From an uncultured Acidimicrobiia bacterium (GTDB taxonomy: Bacteria; Acidobacteriota; Terriglobia; Versatilivoradales; Versatilivoraceae), in contig CAWBAT010000008.1 in NCBI GenBank assembly GCA_963786955.1, forward strand, positions 512,001 through 576,000: a stretch of DNA of 64,000 nucleotides. Direction: 5' to 3'. The position numbers and the translations under genes were made by a program. Of this stretch, positions 50,411 to 61,685 are shown piece after piece. Below the pieces are notes generated by a model. It saw nothing but the letters and a program-made list of their open reading frames with translations. It ran no database searches and was not told the origin of the DNA. Every line of letters begins with the position of its first letter. Positions within the stretch are counted from its first letter, which is position 1.

Positions 50411-51493
50411 TCAGGCAGCCATCGGTGTGTGATGAAGGCCTCGGCAGTGAGGTTGCCATCGGTAGCAATTTAGATCTGCGACGGTCGTGGCGCCCTCGTG
50501 TCCTGATGGGCGTTCGCCCCTCCCGGGAGGTATGCGTGCGATGATCGTTGAAGTAGGTTCTGAAATCGAGCAGCTTGTTTTCGATGCGCTCGTCCAGAAC
50601 AACATGCGATCTAAACACTCCCGCCTTATCGTTCCGATCAGCCGCTCCACAAACGGATGGGACAGGGGAACGTAGGGGACGGTCTTGATTTCGGTCACTT
50701 CCACTATGCGCAGATTGGCTTGCCATTGGAGGAACCTATAAAGCGGATCATGGTCGGAGCTGAGGTGTTTTGGCATCGAGCCGTGGCCTCGAAGGGCGCG
50801 GTTGAACATCCGACAAAGTGCGACACCATTGACCGTTTCGGCATGGACGCCGAATCCAATGATTCGGCGCGTGTATTGATCCATGACGACCAGAACCCAG
50901 TGGGTTCGCAACGTGGCCGATTCGCACCTGAACAGATCGATACTCCAGATGCTGTCCTTCATGTGGCCCAGGAAGGTTAGCCAAGATGGACCACCGGAGT
51001 TCTGTTCTGGCCGATAGTGACTGGCGAGAATCCTTCGAACAACGTCTTTGTCGATTGGGATGTCGAAAGCCAAGGCGATCTGCTGAGCGATTCGCGGACA
51101 GCCCCAGGCGGGATTGCGTTACTTCATCTGGACGATGGCTTCAATCAGTGCTTTGCTGGGTCCCTTTGGCCCGGGATTACCTCGGCGCTTGGATGAGAAG
51201 AGCAGGCGATATTTTCGGTTTCTCAGAGCCTGGTGGAGGCTCAAGAGAGTCGAAGGTTTCAAGGCAATTGCTGAACGGATCAGCCGGGCGGGGCGAATGA
51301 GGAGCGCACACAAACCAGAGACGAGGCGATCTGAGGTGCGTAAATTCGGTGACCGCTGCCGTGAACGATTGAGGATCAGCAGTTGCTGTTTGACAAGAAC
51401 CGACTCCGCGACGACAGAACGCATGCCGCCAGGACCAAGGAGGCGGCCGAGCGTCGCAATGACATGAATAAAAAGGATAAACAGATCGCGCAT
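50411..51493 (-). mobile_element. Decayed integrase-core (rve) transposase pseudogene
   Basis: KPSTLL, NP.WG..RI, W..FL, D.F, DQYTRRI, SD.D, P....FVERLIGTIRRECLD. In-frame stop at 51119-51121 and a frameshift near the 3' end. Confidence 0.85.
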
Positions 51494-51634
51494 CTGCTCA
51501 TTCTAACAAAACCTGGAATCGCCCGAGGTTATGTCACGAATTAGCAATTCGCCAGGGACACCATCAATTCATAGCATCCATAGCCATCCGAATTCCGCAC
51601 CCCTAGAGCAATGCGGCATCCCAAGAGAAGGTCT

Positions 51635-54600
51635 CTACTTCAAAGTGGGTACCAATTTCAGGGTTTCGATGGCATAGTGCCCCACTTTCATATCGAAGGA
51701 CTGCCCCTTTACCGGCAGGGATTTTCCTTCCTCTTCAATGATATTAGTCCATTCTGCACTTGAGAACGGCACAAAGGAATTAAAGACCGCCGGAGTGTCC
51801 TGTCCCTCCAACTCGTAACAACGAAGGACTACGTTTTCGTCATCCTCCGCCTTTTTGATCGTGCTGATCAATACATTCCCTGAAGAAACTGCGAAGAAGC
51901 TCTTCTCTTCGGGCAAACTGGCATTGACGGCTGGCACTCCACCCTCAAGGACAATAAGCGGGTGATTGGCTTGAATCCCGAAACGATAGCCACTCCGCCA
52001 CCCGGGTGCGTGCGAGGAAATGGAGAACTGATAGTGGTGATCACCCGGCTGCAGATACCAATTCCCTTCTCCGTGGCAACTCTTGCGGGATGCCAGCAAA
52101 ATTGGCGATACGACAGGATAGTCCACGGGATTGGTGGTCGGATCCTGATAATCAAACGTCACCACGCTGGAACTCATCGTGACTCCAATTCCGCTGTCGC
52201 TGACATTGATAAAGTTCTGTACCTCCCGCGGACGGATCTTGGAGCATTGTTCATGATATTCGAGAGATCCCCACATATTCTTGTAAGCTGTGCCGCCAGT
52301 CGTCGGAATTTCGTCTTTCCCGACCTCCACAATGCCCATCGGGACTTCGTACGCCACCGTGCCCGCGCTCACATTCACAGGCAATGCCATGCGGAATTCG
52401 CGGTACTTTTGTCCGTTCCAGTTGAGAATGGATAATTCACAGTCGAATTGTTTGATCTGCTGATAGACCAACAACCGTTGCCGGATCGTGCAGGTAGGTA
52501 GAACCTGCTCCATGGCAAAGACCGTCCGCACAGGCCCGGACTCAACCTGTTTCCACTCCGGTTTGTGGTTGCTCAACTTGTCAAATCCCTTCATGGTCGG
52601 TTGCTGGACGGCGGGAAATTCACCGGCGCCGTTGCCCTCAGATTGCATGGTGTAGACTTCAGCTCCCAGGAATTTTTCGGTTTTCAGCAATTCTTTGTTG
52701 TATTCCTTGTCATGAATACTTTGAATACCGCCGGGAACCAGTTTTATCCGATAGAAATTGTTTTCGAAAACCTGGGGCACAGCAACCTCCTGGGGAATGG
52801 GCTTCTTCAAAGTGCCCTGGCTTGGGACAAGGTAGTACGTCTTGTATCCAATTGAAGGGACATCACTGGCTACAAAGAGGAGATGTTGCCGCTTGAGAGT
52901 GTTTTTGGAAAAAGCTTCCACTTCAAAGATCCTGGCCTGATCATTGGTTCGGGCTGAGCCCCGGGCAACAAAGAGACGCAGGAATTGGAATTTCCTGGGC
53001 GTGAAAATGTGCGTGGTCAGGACCGCACTGTTGCCATTTATGGTTGGAACTAAATCTTTCCAGGGACCGGCAGCCGCATTTGCCCATTGCAGATTGAAAT
53101 CAACGGTGTTGAATTGTTCTTCATCCTGGTAGGCCCCCAGACTCCCCTCATGGCGAATCACCACTTTGTGGATGTCACGCGGCTGCCCGAAGTCGATCAG
53201 CAACCAATGCGGAGCTTTTGCATCGGCAGAAGAGACCCATCGATCGGTGTTCAGGTTGGACCATTTGCCATCGATGGCTTTTTCTGCCCCATAATTGAGA
53301 CCCATGGCAGAACTGGCTTGGGCCTTGGCACCCATCCGCGCCGAGGCCACGTTGACCTCGTCCGGTTCGTTGAGGCTGGTCAACTGGAATGGAACCTCAT
53401 GCCCCTCTGCATCCACCAGCTTGTTAGGCCCCGCCGCCTCAGTATCGACGTTCACCAAGACCGGCCCCGAGCGCTTCCAGGAAAGGGCGTTGAACACATG
53501 AAGAGGCTTCCCTTTTTGGGGTAGAGTCTTGATTCTCCCGGCAATGTTATGCAATGCCTGATCTAGCATCTTTTGCCCTTCTGCGCGGGCAAATTGCGTC
53601 TTGCTTTTAAAGAGTTCGTCCGTAATGTGGCCGTTCTTGCCGCCCCAACCATGATCGGGGTAGATCTCCTCCATCCAGGCCTTGGACAGCTCAGCGGCTG
53701 GGTATTTTTTGAAACTGCCGGAAAGCAGAGAGTCCACAGTATTGAAGATTTCAGCAGCAGGAAGAAGCACCGCTGCTTCTCGCTTGGCCGAAAAAGCTTC
53801 ATGGTGTGTAGCCCCGGTGATGTAAAGCCAGATATCGGGGCGTTCTCCCATCAGAACATCCGGCTTGCCTGGCCCTTTCGCAAGCTGATCGAAGAATCCC
53901 TTGGCGGAAGAATACTGCATCGTAGCCGGCTTCCATGCCGCACGATTTGCCTCCCCAACACCGGCAGGCGCACTCTGTGAATTCCACAGGCTGATGAGCG
54001 CATTGAAATCAGTTGGGCGCGAAAAATCCTGGGAGTTAAGGAGACAGTAGACAGGGGGGAGCTGGCGCTTCTGGTAATAGGTCTCTTGTTCCCCCAATTT
54101 CTTCGCAATCGCCTGGACGCCTTCGGCTGGTGGAGCCGTTAACATAAAGAGAGGATTCCCATAGTGCCCCGGTGTATAGGCAATGACGCTGCTGCCGTCG
54201 GGACTCAGCCAACGATACAGCCCCTCATGGTACCGGCTGATAATCAAATAAGGGATCCCTGCCTTGCTGAGGATTTGCTGCATCTGCAGAGATCGCCCGG
54301 GAACATCCGGGTTAAAAGCCACCTTGGCGTCACATCCAGGGAAGTTCTTCTTCAACCACCGTCGACCAAAATAAGTTTCTCGGATCAATTCTTCGCCTGA
54401 AATCGAGGATTCGTAGGGTTGATTAAAAGTCGCCCCCCATTCCAGCCGCCCTTCCCGAGTCAAGCGCTCGATTTCTCCCTTTTTTTCCGGGTGGACTTCC
54501 AAAAACTCCATCAGGTTCAACATGTTTTCCATGACAAAACTATAATTCTTATTCTTTGCCATGAGTTCCAGTGCCGGTGTGATGCAATTGTCCACACGGA

Positions 54601-54808
54601 AAAGCATGCAGGCATGCGGATCATCCATCCAGGCAATATCCTGGTGGCTGGAAGAGACAATATTTAAGGTTCCCCCATTGCTAAAGTAATTCCCCGACGT
54701 AGTAACCGGTTCTTCAGCCATCAGCCCCAATACACTGCCAATAAGCACACTGAGGATTATGAAACCGACTGTACCCGAGAACCCTTTCTTGAAGCCTGTT
54801 CGATCCAT
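51635..54808 (-). CDS. GH38 alpha-mannosidase with inserted F5/8 type C (CBM32-like) domain
   Basis: SHQDIAW, DVPG, PDHGWGG, FNALSWKR, internal NVA...AIDG...W.S...LIDFG...EVE discoidin domain, VPSIGY, KKAED, R.YE. Confidence 0.85.
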   Translation of the reverse strand: MDRTGFKKGFSGTVGFIILSVLIGSVLGLMAEEPVTTSGNYFSNGGTLNIVSSSHQDIAWMDDPHACMLFRVDNCITPALELMAKNKNYSFVMENMLNLMEFLEVHPEKKGEIERLTREGRLEWGATFNQPYESSISGEELIRETYFGRRWLKKNFPGCDAKVAFNPDVPGRSLQMQQILSKAGIPYLIISRYHEGLYRWLSPDGSSVIAYTPGHYGNPLFMLTAPPAEGVQAIAKKLGEQETYYQKRQLPPVYCLLNSQDFSRPTDFNALISLWNSQSAPAGVGEANRAAWKPATMQYSSAKGFFDQLAKGPGKPDVLMGERPDIWLYITGATHHEAFSAKREAAVLLPAAEIFNTVDSLLSGSFKKYPAAELSKAWMEEIYPDHGWGGKNGHITDELFKSKTQFARAEGQKMLDQALHNIAGRIKTLPQKGKPLHVFNALSWKRSGPVLVNVDTEAAGPNKLVDAEGHEVPFQLTSLNEPDEVNVASARMGAKAQASSAMGLNYGAEKAIDGKWSNLNTDRWVSSADAKAPHWLLIDFGQPRDIHKVVIRHEGSLGAYQDEEQFNTVDFNLQWANAAAGPWKDLVPTINGNSAVLTTHIFTPRKFQFLRLFVARGSARTNDQARIFEVEAFSKNTLKRQHLLFVASDVPSIGYKTYYLVPSQGTLKKPIPQEVAVPQVFENNFYRIKLVPGGIQSIHDKEYNKELLKTEKFLGAEVYTMQSEGNGAGEFPAVQQPTMKGFDKLSNHKPEWKQVESGPVRTVFAMEQVLPTCTIRQRLLVYQQIKQFDCELSILNWNGQKYREFRMALPVNVSAGTVAYEVPMGIVEVGKDEIPTTGGTAYKNMWGSLEYHEQCSKIRPREVQNFINVSDSGIGVTMSSSVVTFDYQDPTTNPVDYPVVSPILLASRKSCHGEGNWYLQPGDHHYQFSISSHAPGWRSGYRFGIQANHPLIVLEGGVPAVNASLPEEKSFFAVSSGNVLISTIKKAEDDENVVLRCYELEGQDTPAVFNSFVPFSSAEWTNIIEEEGKSLPVKGQSFDMKVGHYAIETLKLVPTLK

Positions 54809-55094
54809 TTGGCTGATCTCCTCGCTTATTCTTTTTTCAATATGGAAAGCTGGTATATTCGATGGAAGGCCTGACAACAACCATGCTTGAACGCTGAATT
54901 TCCGCTTACTTCGCAACCACTCAGCATCCCGGGAGGAAACGCCCAGCGCCAGAAGTCGCTAACCCCTGCAACACTTGCGGGCGCGACGTGCTCTTCGCTC
55001 TGCCCCATCTTCTCATGCGCTGCCGAGGGAGAAAGACCGAAGTTCTGAATCACTGTCTTTTTGAAACTCCGTGGATTGATGCAAAGAGGTTAAT

Positions 55095-56150
55095 CTAAGA
55101 TCGGGCAATCAAAAAATTCCCATATCCAATCAGGACCATGGCAATAATCATCAACAACAGGCTGCATCCCATGATCCGGACGGGCTGTTTCCCCGAATTC
55201 TTCCACTCGCCTGTAACAAATCCGCCGATATTGGAACTGATTACCATGCTGCCGATGAACAGCGCCCATCCAATGGAGGGGCCGAGTTTGCCCAGCATCG
55301 GTTCGGAGATGGCCACGCCCCATAAGGCGACACTGCCGGAGTACATCACTCCTGTAAAAAGAATCATGAGCCAATAAGTACGGGAGAAGGGGTGCCAGTA
55401 ACGATTCATGGTGTTATTCTTCTTCAAGAGATAAAGACAATAAGCAACATTTGGGATAGCTCCGCCCAGCAGGACGAGCGCTAAAACCGCATTGGAGGCC
55501 GACGAAGAGCTTGCCTTTCCGAACTGAATAGCAGCATTGCGGATCGACACGGCCCACTCCATGTTCATTCCCAGAGAGAGAAATCCCGAAAGAACACCAC
55601 CCGCAATCGCCAATACCATCCCAGTCAAAGCCGATTTCTTCACTTGGTCGCCAATTCCCGTTGTATTCAGGCCCGCTTGAGCTTTTTCCTTGAGCCGTCC
55701 AGCTTTCACGCTCAAAATCAGAGTGGCCAACAGGGAGACCACACCGGCCACAATCAAATTTCCCCCGCTGGTGCCTAATGTTTGAGGATTAAAAAGGGCA
55801 ATGGGTAGGAATACTCCTACTACGCTCATACTGCCTACCAACAACGCAAAGCTGAGCGCGGTTCCAATGTACCCAAGCGAAATGCCGAACATTAGAGAAC
55901 CGCTGTACGCAGCGGCTCCCCATACCAAGGCCAGAATCAAGTGCTCCGGAGCAACCGTCGAAAAGGCCAACTTTAAATCCGGCACACTCAGGAAAGCAAT
56001 CAACCAGGGGAATATGACCAGCGATAGCAAGCTGAACGAAAGCCAGTTATTCTCCCAGGCCCAGCGCCTATTGATCTTCATGGGCAAAGCAAACAATCCA
56101 TTAATGGCTCCCGCCAGGACGGCTAGCGCAAGTCCAGTTCCTAGATTCAT
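55095..56150 (-). CDS. rhaT: RhaT family sugar/proton symporter
   Basis: F.LP.K...WAWEN.W, YC.YLL.KN, IGW, SN..G..TGEWK motifs. Confidence 0.85.
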   Translation of the reverse strand: MNLGTGLALAVLAGAINGLFALPMKINRRWAWENNWLSFSLLSLVIFPWLIAFLSVPDLKLAFSTVAPEHLILALVWGAAAYSGSLMFGISLGYIGTALSFALLVGSMSVVGVFLPIALFNPQTLGTSGGNLIVAGVVSLLATLILSVKAGRLKEKAQAGLNTTGIGDQVKKSALTGMVLAIAGGVLSGFLSLGMNMEWAVSIRNAAIQFGKASSSSASNAVLALVLLGGAIPNVAYCLYLLKKNNTMNRYWHPFSRTYWLMILFTGVMYSGSVALWGVAISEPMLGKLGPSIGWALFIGSMVISSNIGGFVTGEWKNSGKQPVRIMGCSLLLMIIAMVLIGYGNFLIARS

Positions 56151-56791
56151 CTAATCCCCCATCCGCATGGGCGGCCTTGTAGTTTGAGTTCGCTTCAAAA
56201 AGAGTTTTCGAAGCCATCGGCATACAGCGTACTTCTTTATCATTTTCGGCCTTCAAATCTAAAGGCGATCCAGGTTTGTGTTCAAGTGGATATTTCCCGA
56301 AAACAAATGTCACTCCATGAAATGGTTCGGGGCTGGAAAGACAAGTAGAATTAACTCACCATAGCTTACACCCATCCTTCTTCTCCCTCAAATGACCTTT
56401 TCTCGTTCTCTAATACCCTCTACACGTTCGACGCGATTAGGTCGTTTGAGCGCGGGCGGAAAGGAATGAACCGGGCCCGATTGTTGAACAGAGCTAAGAC
56501 TTGTTCCGATGTAACGTAGTCGGAATTTGGCCGAGCCCAATTGCGGGTCACCAAAAGCGCGAGACCGTAAGCTGTGGCGTCGCCGCCCTTTCAACCTTCT
56601 TTCCATTCGAGGGAGGGGCGGCTCCTGGGTAGTGGGGCGCTTCGTTCGAACACGCCGATGTTTTCGAGGTGTCAACCCGTTGAGAATGCCCTGCTCCGGT
56701 TACTGGCGCCACACGATCTGTACTGGAGTCTCATGGGTGGTTTAAGGCACAATGGGGTGCTGTTGCAGAGATCAAGGAAAGGAGAAATTTA

Positions 56792-57583
56792 ATGTTTTTC
56801 AGAATCATCGTGGTATTGTTTGCCAGCGTTGCGCTCGCGCAGGCCCAGACGCCGAGCGAAAAGGCCTGGAAGATTCTTCAAGAAGGGGCGGCCGACAAGA
56901 GTTCCGAAAAACGCACTAAGGTCATGAACGCCCTTGCCCTGTTGACGGATAACGAAAAGGCGCGTCAGATGGCGGAGACCGGCCTCACGGATGAGAAACC
57001 CGAGGTGCGAGCTGCGGCAGCCTTAGCCTTAGGACAACAGGGATCGGCCAAATCTATTCCCAAACTAAAGAAAGCTCTTAAAGATACGCAAGCCGAAGTA
57101 GTTTTTGCCGCGACGAACGCCCTGTTTCTTCTCAAGGATCCCGTTGCTTTCCAAATCTATTACGCGGTCCTGATGGGCGAAAGGAAGACTGGTGAAGGGC
57201 TGGTGGAGTCTCAAATGAAGATGCTAAAAGACCCAAAGGCCATGTCCAAGTTGGGTGTGGAAGTGGGGATCGGGTTTATCCCATTCGGCGGGGTTGGCTA
57301 TAAAGTTTTTAAGACTACGACTCGTGACGACACATCCCCCGTTCGGGCGGCTGCGGCCCAAAAGCTGGCCAAGGATCCCGACCCGAGAAGCGGAGAAGCA
57401 TTGGCCAAGACAACAGCAGATCCCAAGTGGCTCGTGCGCGCGGCCGTAGTCAATGCGATCGCAAAGAGGGACGATCCGGCTCTGCTCAGCGCGGTGACTC
57501 CGTTGTTGGATGACGAAAATGACACCGTCAAGAATGTTGCGGCCGCCGCAGTCATCCGGTTGAGCACCAAGCGTAAGCGATAG
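56792..57583 (+). CDS. Secreted HEAT-repeat protein
   Basis: Signal peptide; repeated D....VRAAAA.AL units. Confidence 0.85.
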   Translation: MFFRIIVVLFASVALAQAQTPSEKAWKILQEGAADKSSEKRTKVMNALALLTDNEKARQMAETGLTDEKPEVRAAAALALGQQGSAKSIPKLKKALKDTQAEVVFAATNALFLLKDPVAFQIYYAVLMGERKTGEGLVESQMKMLKDPKAMSKLGVEVGIGFIPFGGVGYKVFKTTTRDDTSPVRAAAAQKLAKDPDPRSGEALAKTTADPKWLVRAAVVNAIAKRDDPALLSAVTPLLDDENDTVKNVAAAAVIRLSTKRKR

Positions 57584-57664
57584 AGACCAGGAATCGAAGA
57601 AGTTCAAATAAGTCGAACTGTCTTTCTTTTGACATCCTAAGACACAGTTTTGTGGGAGTAGACA

Positions 57665-59944
57665 ATGAAACACCTTATTCTGATTCTTGTAACACTTGCA
57701 ATGTCGGGAAAGATCCTCTCAGACAGTCCAAGAAGTTCATCCAACCTGGCGGACCTTCCTGACCCGCTGGTGGGCACGGATTCGAAGTACGAATTGTCTC
57801 ACGGGAATACATTCCCGGCCGTCTTTATTCCGTTTGGCATGTCCAATTGGACGCCCGAAACAGGGGAGGGAGGCTGGCCGTATCAGTATTCGAAGAATGT
57901 GATTCGCGGGATCCGCTCGACGCATCGACCATCCGCCTGGATGACGGACTACGGCCCATTTTCTCTGATGCCGGTCACCGGGAAACTGAAGGTCTTGCCG
58001 GAAAAGCGCGCGTCTCGGTTTCAGCATCAAGACGAAGATGCGCGCGCGTATCGATACAGCGTTTTCCTTCAAGACTACCAGGTTCGCGCGGAAGTGACGC
58101 CGTCGGTCCATGGCGGGATGTTACGCTTTACTTTTCCGAAGACCGATCAAGCCTACGTTATTCTCGATGCGAATCCGGGCGGTAGTTCCATCCAGATTCA
58201 TCCGGAAAGCAATACCATTACCGGCAGGAATTCCCATACATCAAAAGGAACGGCATCGAATTTCGCGTTGTATTTCGTCGCCGCTTTCGATCGCAAGTTC
58301 ACTACCCAAGGGACCTGGGACGAATCCGGCGCCACAGACAACAACCGTGAACGTTCCGGTAATCATGTTGGAGCCTACGTAGGCTTCTCGACTCGCGAAG
58401 GAGAGGCGGTGTCGGTCCGGGTCGGAACTTCGCTGATCAGCTTGGAGCAGGCCGAGCGAAACTTACAATCAGAAATTCCTGAGCCTGATTTTGACGGGCT
58501 CGTGGCCCGCGCTCGGGCAGAATGGGAGCGCGAACTTAGCAGGATCGAGATTCGGGGTGGTTCGGAGGCCCAAAGGAGAACTTTCTATACAGCCCTGTAT
58601 CACGCATTCCAATTCCCGAGGATGCTGACGGAAACGGATGCGAACGGAATGGCTGTCCATTACAGTCCCTATGACGGAAAAGTTCATCCCGGTCCGATGT
58701 TTTCGGATACGGGATTCTGGGATACCTTCCGAGCGGAGTTTCCTCTGCTCACAATCGTGCAGCCCAAGAAAGATGCCGAAATTATCCGGGCAATGCTGAA
58801 TGTCTATGACGAGGGCGGCTGGATTTCGAAGTGGGCGAACCCGGCGGAAACCAACGTGATGATTGGTACGCATGGCGATTCGGTAATTGCAGACGCCTAC
58901 ATCAAGGGAATTCGGGATTATGATGTCCATAAGGCCTACGCGGCAATCCGGAAGAATGCGACGGAGAAGGGGACCGGGATATTCGACGCCCGTACCGGCA
59001 TTGAAGATTATCTGAGGCTCGGCTATGTTCCTGCGGACAAAGTGAAAGAATCCGCGGCTTCAACGCTGGAGTATGCATACGACGATTATTGTGTTGCACA
59101 GATGGCGCGAGCCCTCGGAAAGCAAGATGACTATGCTACTTTCCTCCAGCACTCAAAAAACTACCGCAATCTTTTTGACGCTTCAACCGGCTTCATGCGA
59201 GGTCGCAACAGCGACGGCAAATGGGTGGAGCCTTTCGATCCGTTGGCATGGGGCGGCGTTTACACCGAGGGCAATGCCTGGCAGTGGCTCTGGTCGGTAC
59301 AGCAGGACATTCCTGGGTTGATCCAGCTCCTCGGGGGCAGAGACGGCTTTATCCAGAAACTGGATACTCTCTTCAGTACGACCAATGAGTTCAAGGTAGG
59401 GGGGTATGGTCAGGTTATTCACGAAATGACCGAAGCGAAAATGCAGAACATGGGGCAGTATGCGCACATCAATGAGCCCGTGCATCATGTGATCTATTTA
59501 TACGACTACGTCGGCCAGCCCTGGAAAACGCAGAAGTGGGCACACGAGGTAATGGACAAGCTCTACAAGCCAGGACCGGACGGCTGGCTGGGTGATGAGG
59601 ACAACGGTCAAACCTCTTCCTGGTACATCTTCAGCGCTCTGGGATTGTATCCCGTGACGCCTGGACAACCGGTCTATGCGCTCGGCAGCCCGCTCTTCGA
59701 TCGCGCTACTCTTCATCTGGAGAATGGGAAGACGTTTACCGTAGAGGCAGCCAAAGACAGCCCCACAGACATTTATGTTCAGTCTGTAAGCCTCAACGGG
59801 CAAGCCTTGGATAGACCTTGGATCACACACTTCGAGATCATGAATGGAGGAGTCTTACGCTTCCGCTTGGGACCGTTACCCAACAAGTCTTGGGGGGTAT
59901 CAGGAATGCCTTCTCCGGACCAGCCATTTACGCCACATGGGTAG
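57665..59944 (+). CDS. GH92 alpha-1,2-mannosidase
   Basis: GNTFP....PFG, H.PS.W..DYG, FYTALY, WDTFR, MIG.H, TLEYAYDD, TEGNAW, QYAH.NEP, GDEDNGQ.S.W. Confidence 0.95.
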   Translation: MKHLILILVTLAMSGKILSDSPRSSSNLADLPDPLVGTDSKYELSHGNTFPAVFIPFGMSNWTPETGEGGWPYQYSKNVIRGIRSTHRPSAWMTDYGPFSLMPVTGKLKVLPEKRASRFQHQDEDARAYRYSVFLQDYQVRAEVTPSVHGGMLRFTFPKTDQAYVILDANPGGSSIQIHPESNTITGRNSHTSKGTASNFALYFVAAFDRKFTTQGTWDESGATDNNRERSGNHVGAYVGFSTREGEAVSVRVGTSLISLEQAERNLQSEIPEPDFDGLVARARAEWERELSRIEIRGGSEAQRRTFYTALYHAFQFPRMLTETDANGMAVHYSPYDGKVHPGPMFSDTGFWDTFRAEFPLLTIVQPKKDAEIIRAMLNVYDEGGWISKWANPAETNVMIGTHGDSVIADAYIKGIRDYDVHKAYAAIRKNATEKGTGIFDARTGIEDYLRLGYVPADKVKESAASTLEYAYDDYCVAQMARALGKQDDYATFLQHSKNYRNLFDASTGFMRGRNSDGKWVEPFDPLAWGGVYTEGNAWQWLWSVQQDIPGLIQLLGGRDGFIQKLDTLFSTTNEFKVGGYGQVIHEMTEAKMQNMGQYAHINEPVHHVIYLYDYVGQPWKTQKWAHEVMDKLYKPGPDGWLGDEDNGQTSSWYIFSALGLYPVTPGQPVYALGSPLFDRATLHLENGKTFTVEAAKDSPTDIYVQSVSLNGQALDRPWITHFEIMNGGVLRFRLGPLPNKSWGVSGMPSPDQPFTPHG

Positions 59945-60351
59945 GAAGTAAAGAGCCCGAACGACTTGAACTGCCATAGCTTACACTCGTCAATCTTCTC
60001 CCGCAAATTACCATTGCTTATCCTGTCTGTGGCGAATTGATACGGTGATCAATTCTGCTGCTCACAACCTTACGAAAGGGTGGGAATGGCCGCATTGCAG
60101 GCCGTCGGAACTGCTAAAAAATAAAGAGGACACACGAGCAGGGAATCGGGTGTATAGTGTGATGCACATGGGTTGAGAAAATTGAAATACTGGTTGCTAC
60201 GGCGCGGAGTCGCTATTGATCTCCAGGATGAGTTGCATCAACTTGTTGAGATCAATATCGATTCGCCATTTTTGAACCAGTCTTTCATCCGCTCAAGGAA
60301 GCCTTATCCGCCAATTTTGGCGAAAGAACAACTTAAACTCAATTACGGAGG

Positions 60352-61188
60352 ATGAAAATCATGAAAAGGAAATCGGGCAGGGTTCTCACAGGGCTGTGCG
60401 CACTCGCGCTGGCCGCCTTCTGGGCTGCGCCGGCGTGCGGGCAAATGGCAGAGGTAAAGGAAAAACCACCAATGTACTCGTATGTCGGCTATTGGAATAT
60501 TCCCCGTTCGCAGTGGGCGGAGATTGAAAAGTCAAACGCTGCCAACAAGAATATCCTGGATAAGGCCATCGCCAACGGGACCCTTGTGGGATATGGCTTC
60601 GATATGAATTTAGTTCACCAGATCGACGGTTCGACTCACGACGATTGGTGGTCGGCAATGTCCATGGCCGGCGTACTCAACGTGCTGGACCAGTTCTACA
60701 AGTCCGGTAGTCCCACTTCTCCTGTTCTTGCCAGTGCCACGAAACACATGGACTGCATTTTCGTCAGCCGGTATTACAACTGGCATTCTGGATCCTGGAA
60801 AGATTTATACACGCACGGAGCGTCTTTTAAAATAAAGCCGAATGCGCCAGATAACGCGCTGGATGTGCTCAGCAAGAACCTGTTCGTACCGATGATGGAG
60901 AAACTGCTTGCCGACGGCACGATTCACGAGTACGAAATCGACACAGAAGCGATCCACACTGAAGCGCCTGGCTCGTTTTGGCTTTTTTACCTGGCTGCGA
61001 ACGCGGAAGGCTTAGACAAGGTTGCTGCGGCCATCCAGGGTGCCATGAAGACAAATCCACTGAGCGGCCCGGCATTTGATACCTTAGTAGACTTTACGGC
61101 GCATCGCGATATTCTGGCTCGCACAACGCCACATACAAATAAATCCCTAGGCTGTCTTCCCTCTCTGCGGGCGACCCGAGCATTGTAG
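60352..61188 (+). CDS. Secreted hypothetical protein with two related alpha/beta domains (true stop may be 61142)
   Basis: Signal peptide and an internal two-fold repeat (..A.GT...Y..D....H). Adding one A at 61125-61126 would give the ending RTNATYK*. Confidence 0.75.
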   Translation: MKIMKRKSGRVLTGLCALALAAFWAAPACGQMAEVKEKPPMYSYVGYWNIPRSQWAEIEKSNAANKNILDKAIANGTLVGYGFDMNLVHQIDGSTHDDWWSAMSMAGVLNVLDQFYKSGSPTSPVLASATKHMDCIFVSRYYNWHSGSWKDLYTHGASFKIKPNAPDNALDVLSKNLFVPMMEKLLADGTIHEYEIDTEAIHTEAPGSFWLFYLAANAEGLDKVAAAIQGAMKTNPLSGPAFDTLVDFTAHRDILARTTPHTNKSLGCLPSLRATRAL

Positions 61189-61685
61189 GGCCGCGCGCAG
61201 ACTGCTCTGTGCTTTCCGGCATGGAGGAGCAAGACTCCGCAAAAAACCGTAATAGCTAAATCATCGAATTTCACGCGCCCGTGTGGAACTCTGCTCCACG
61301 CTAACCCGGGTTTCTCACCACCGGGGGAAAACAGACACAGTAGAGTAGCGAAACCATTCGAATTCAGAGCTCCTCGGTAACGGGGGGGCACGCTGCGGCG
61401 AGCGTTTCCTACAAACAGTTCAACAATTTCTTATCCCCCCTTTTTCCCCCTTTACAATGTCACTCTGAACTTCACTTGATTTCCAGGTAGCTTGCTCCCG
61501 TCTAGCCCTCTTCTTCCGCCGAGAACTTCCTGCACAATCTCGCAAAGATGATGCGGCGCAATTATTACAGCTCGTCAGGGCAAGAAAAGGGAACCCAAGA
61601 GATGTCGTCCTGTTGACAGCGACGCGGAGAAGGCAAATAATAAAGCATAGTAAGACAATTAAGATAGATCAAGCGGGAGGTGTCT

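Noticed and set aside
56160-56790. Short ORFs between rhaT and the HEAT gene
   Set aside because: No convincing RBS or homology pattern; treated as intergenic or remnant DNA.
60062-60110. c-di-GMP-I riboswitch-like ACC..GAAA..GGGA segment
   Set aside because: The stem pairs poorly and the GCAAAGC/CTAA elements are missing.
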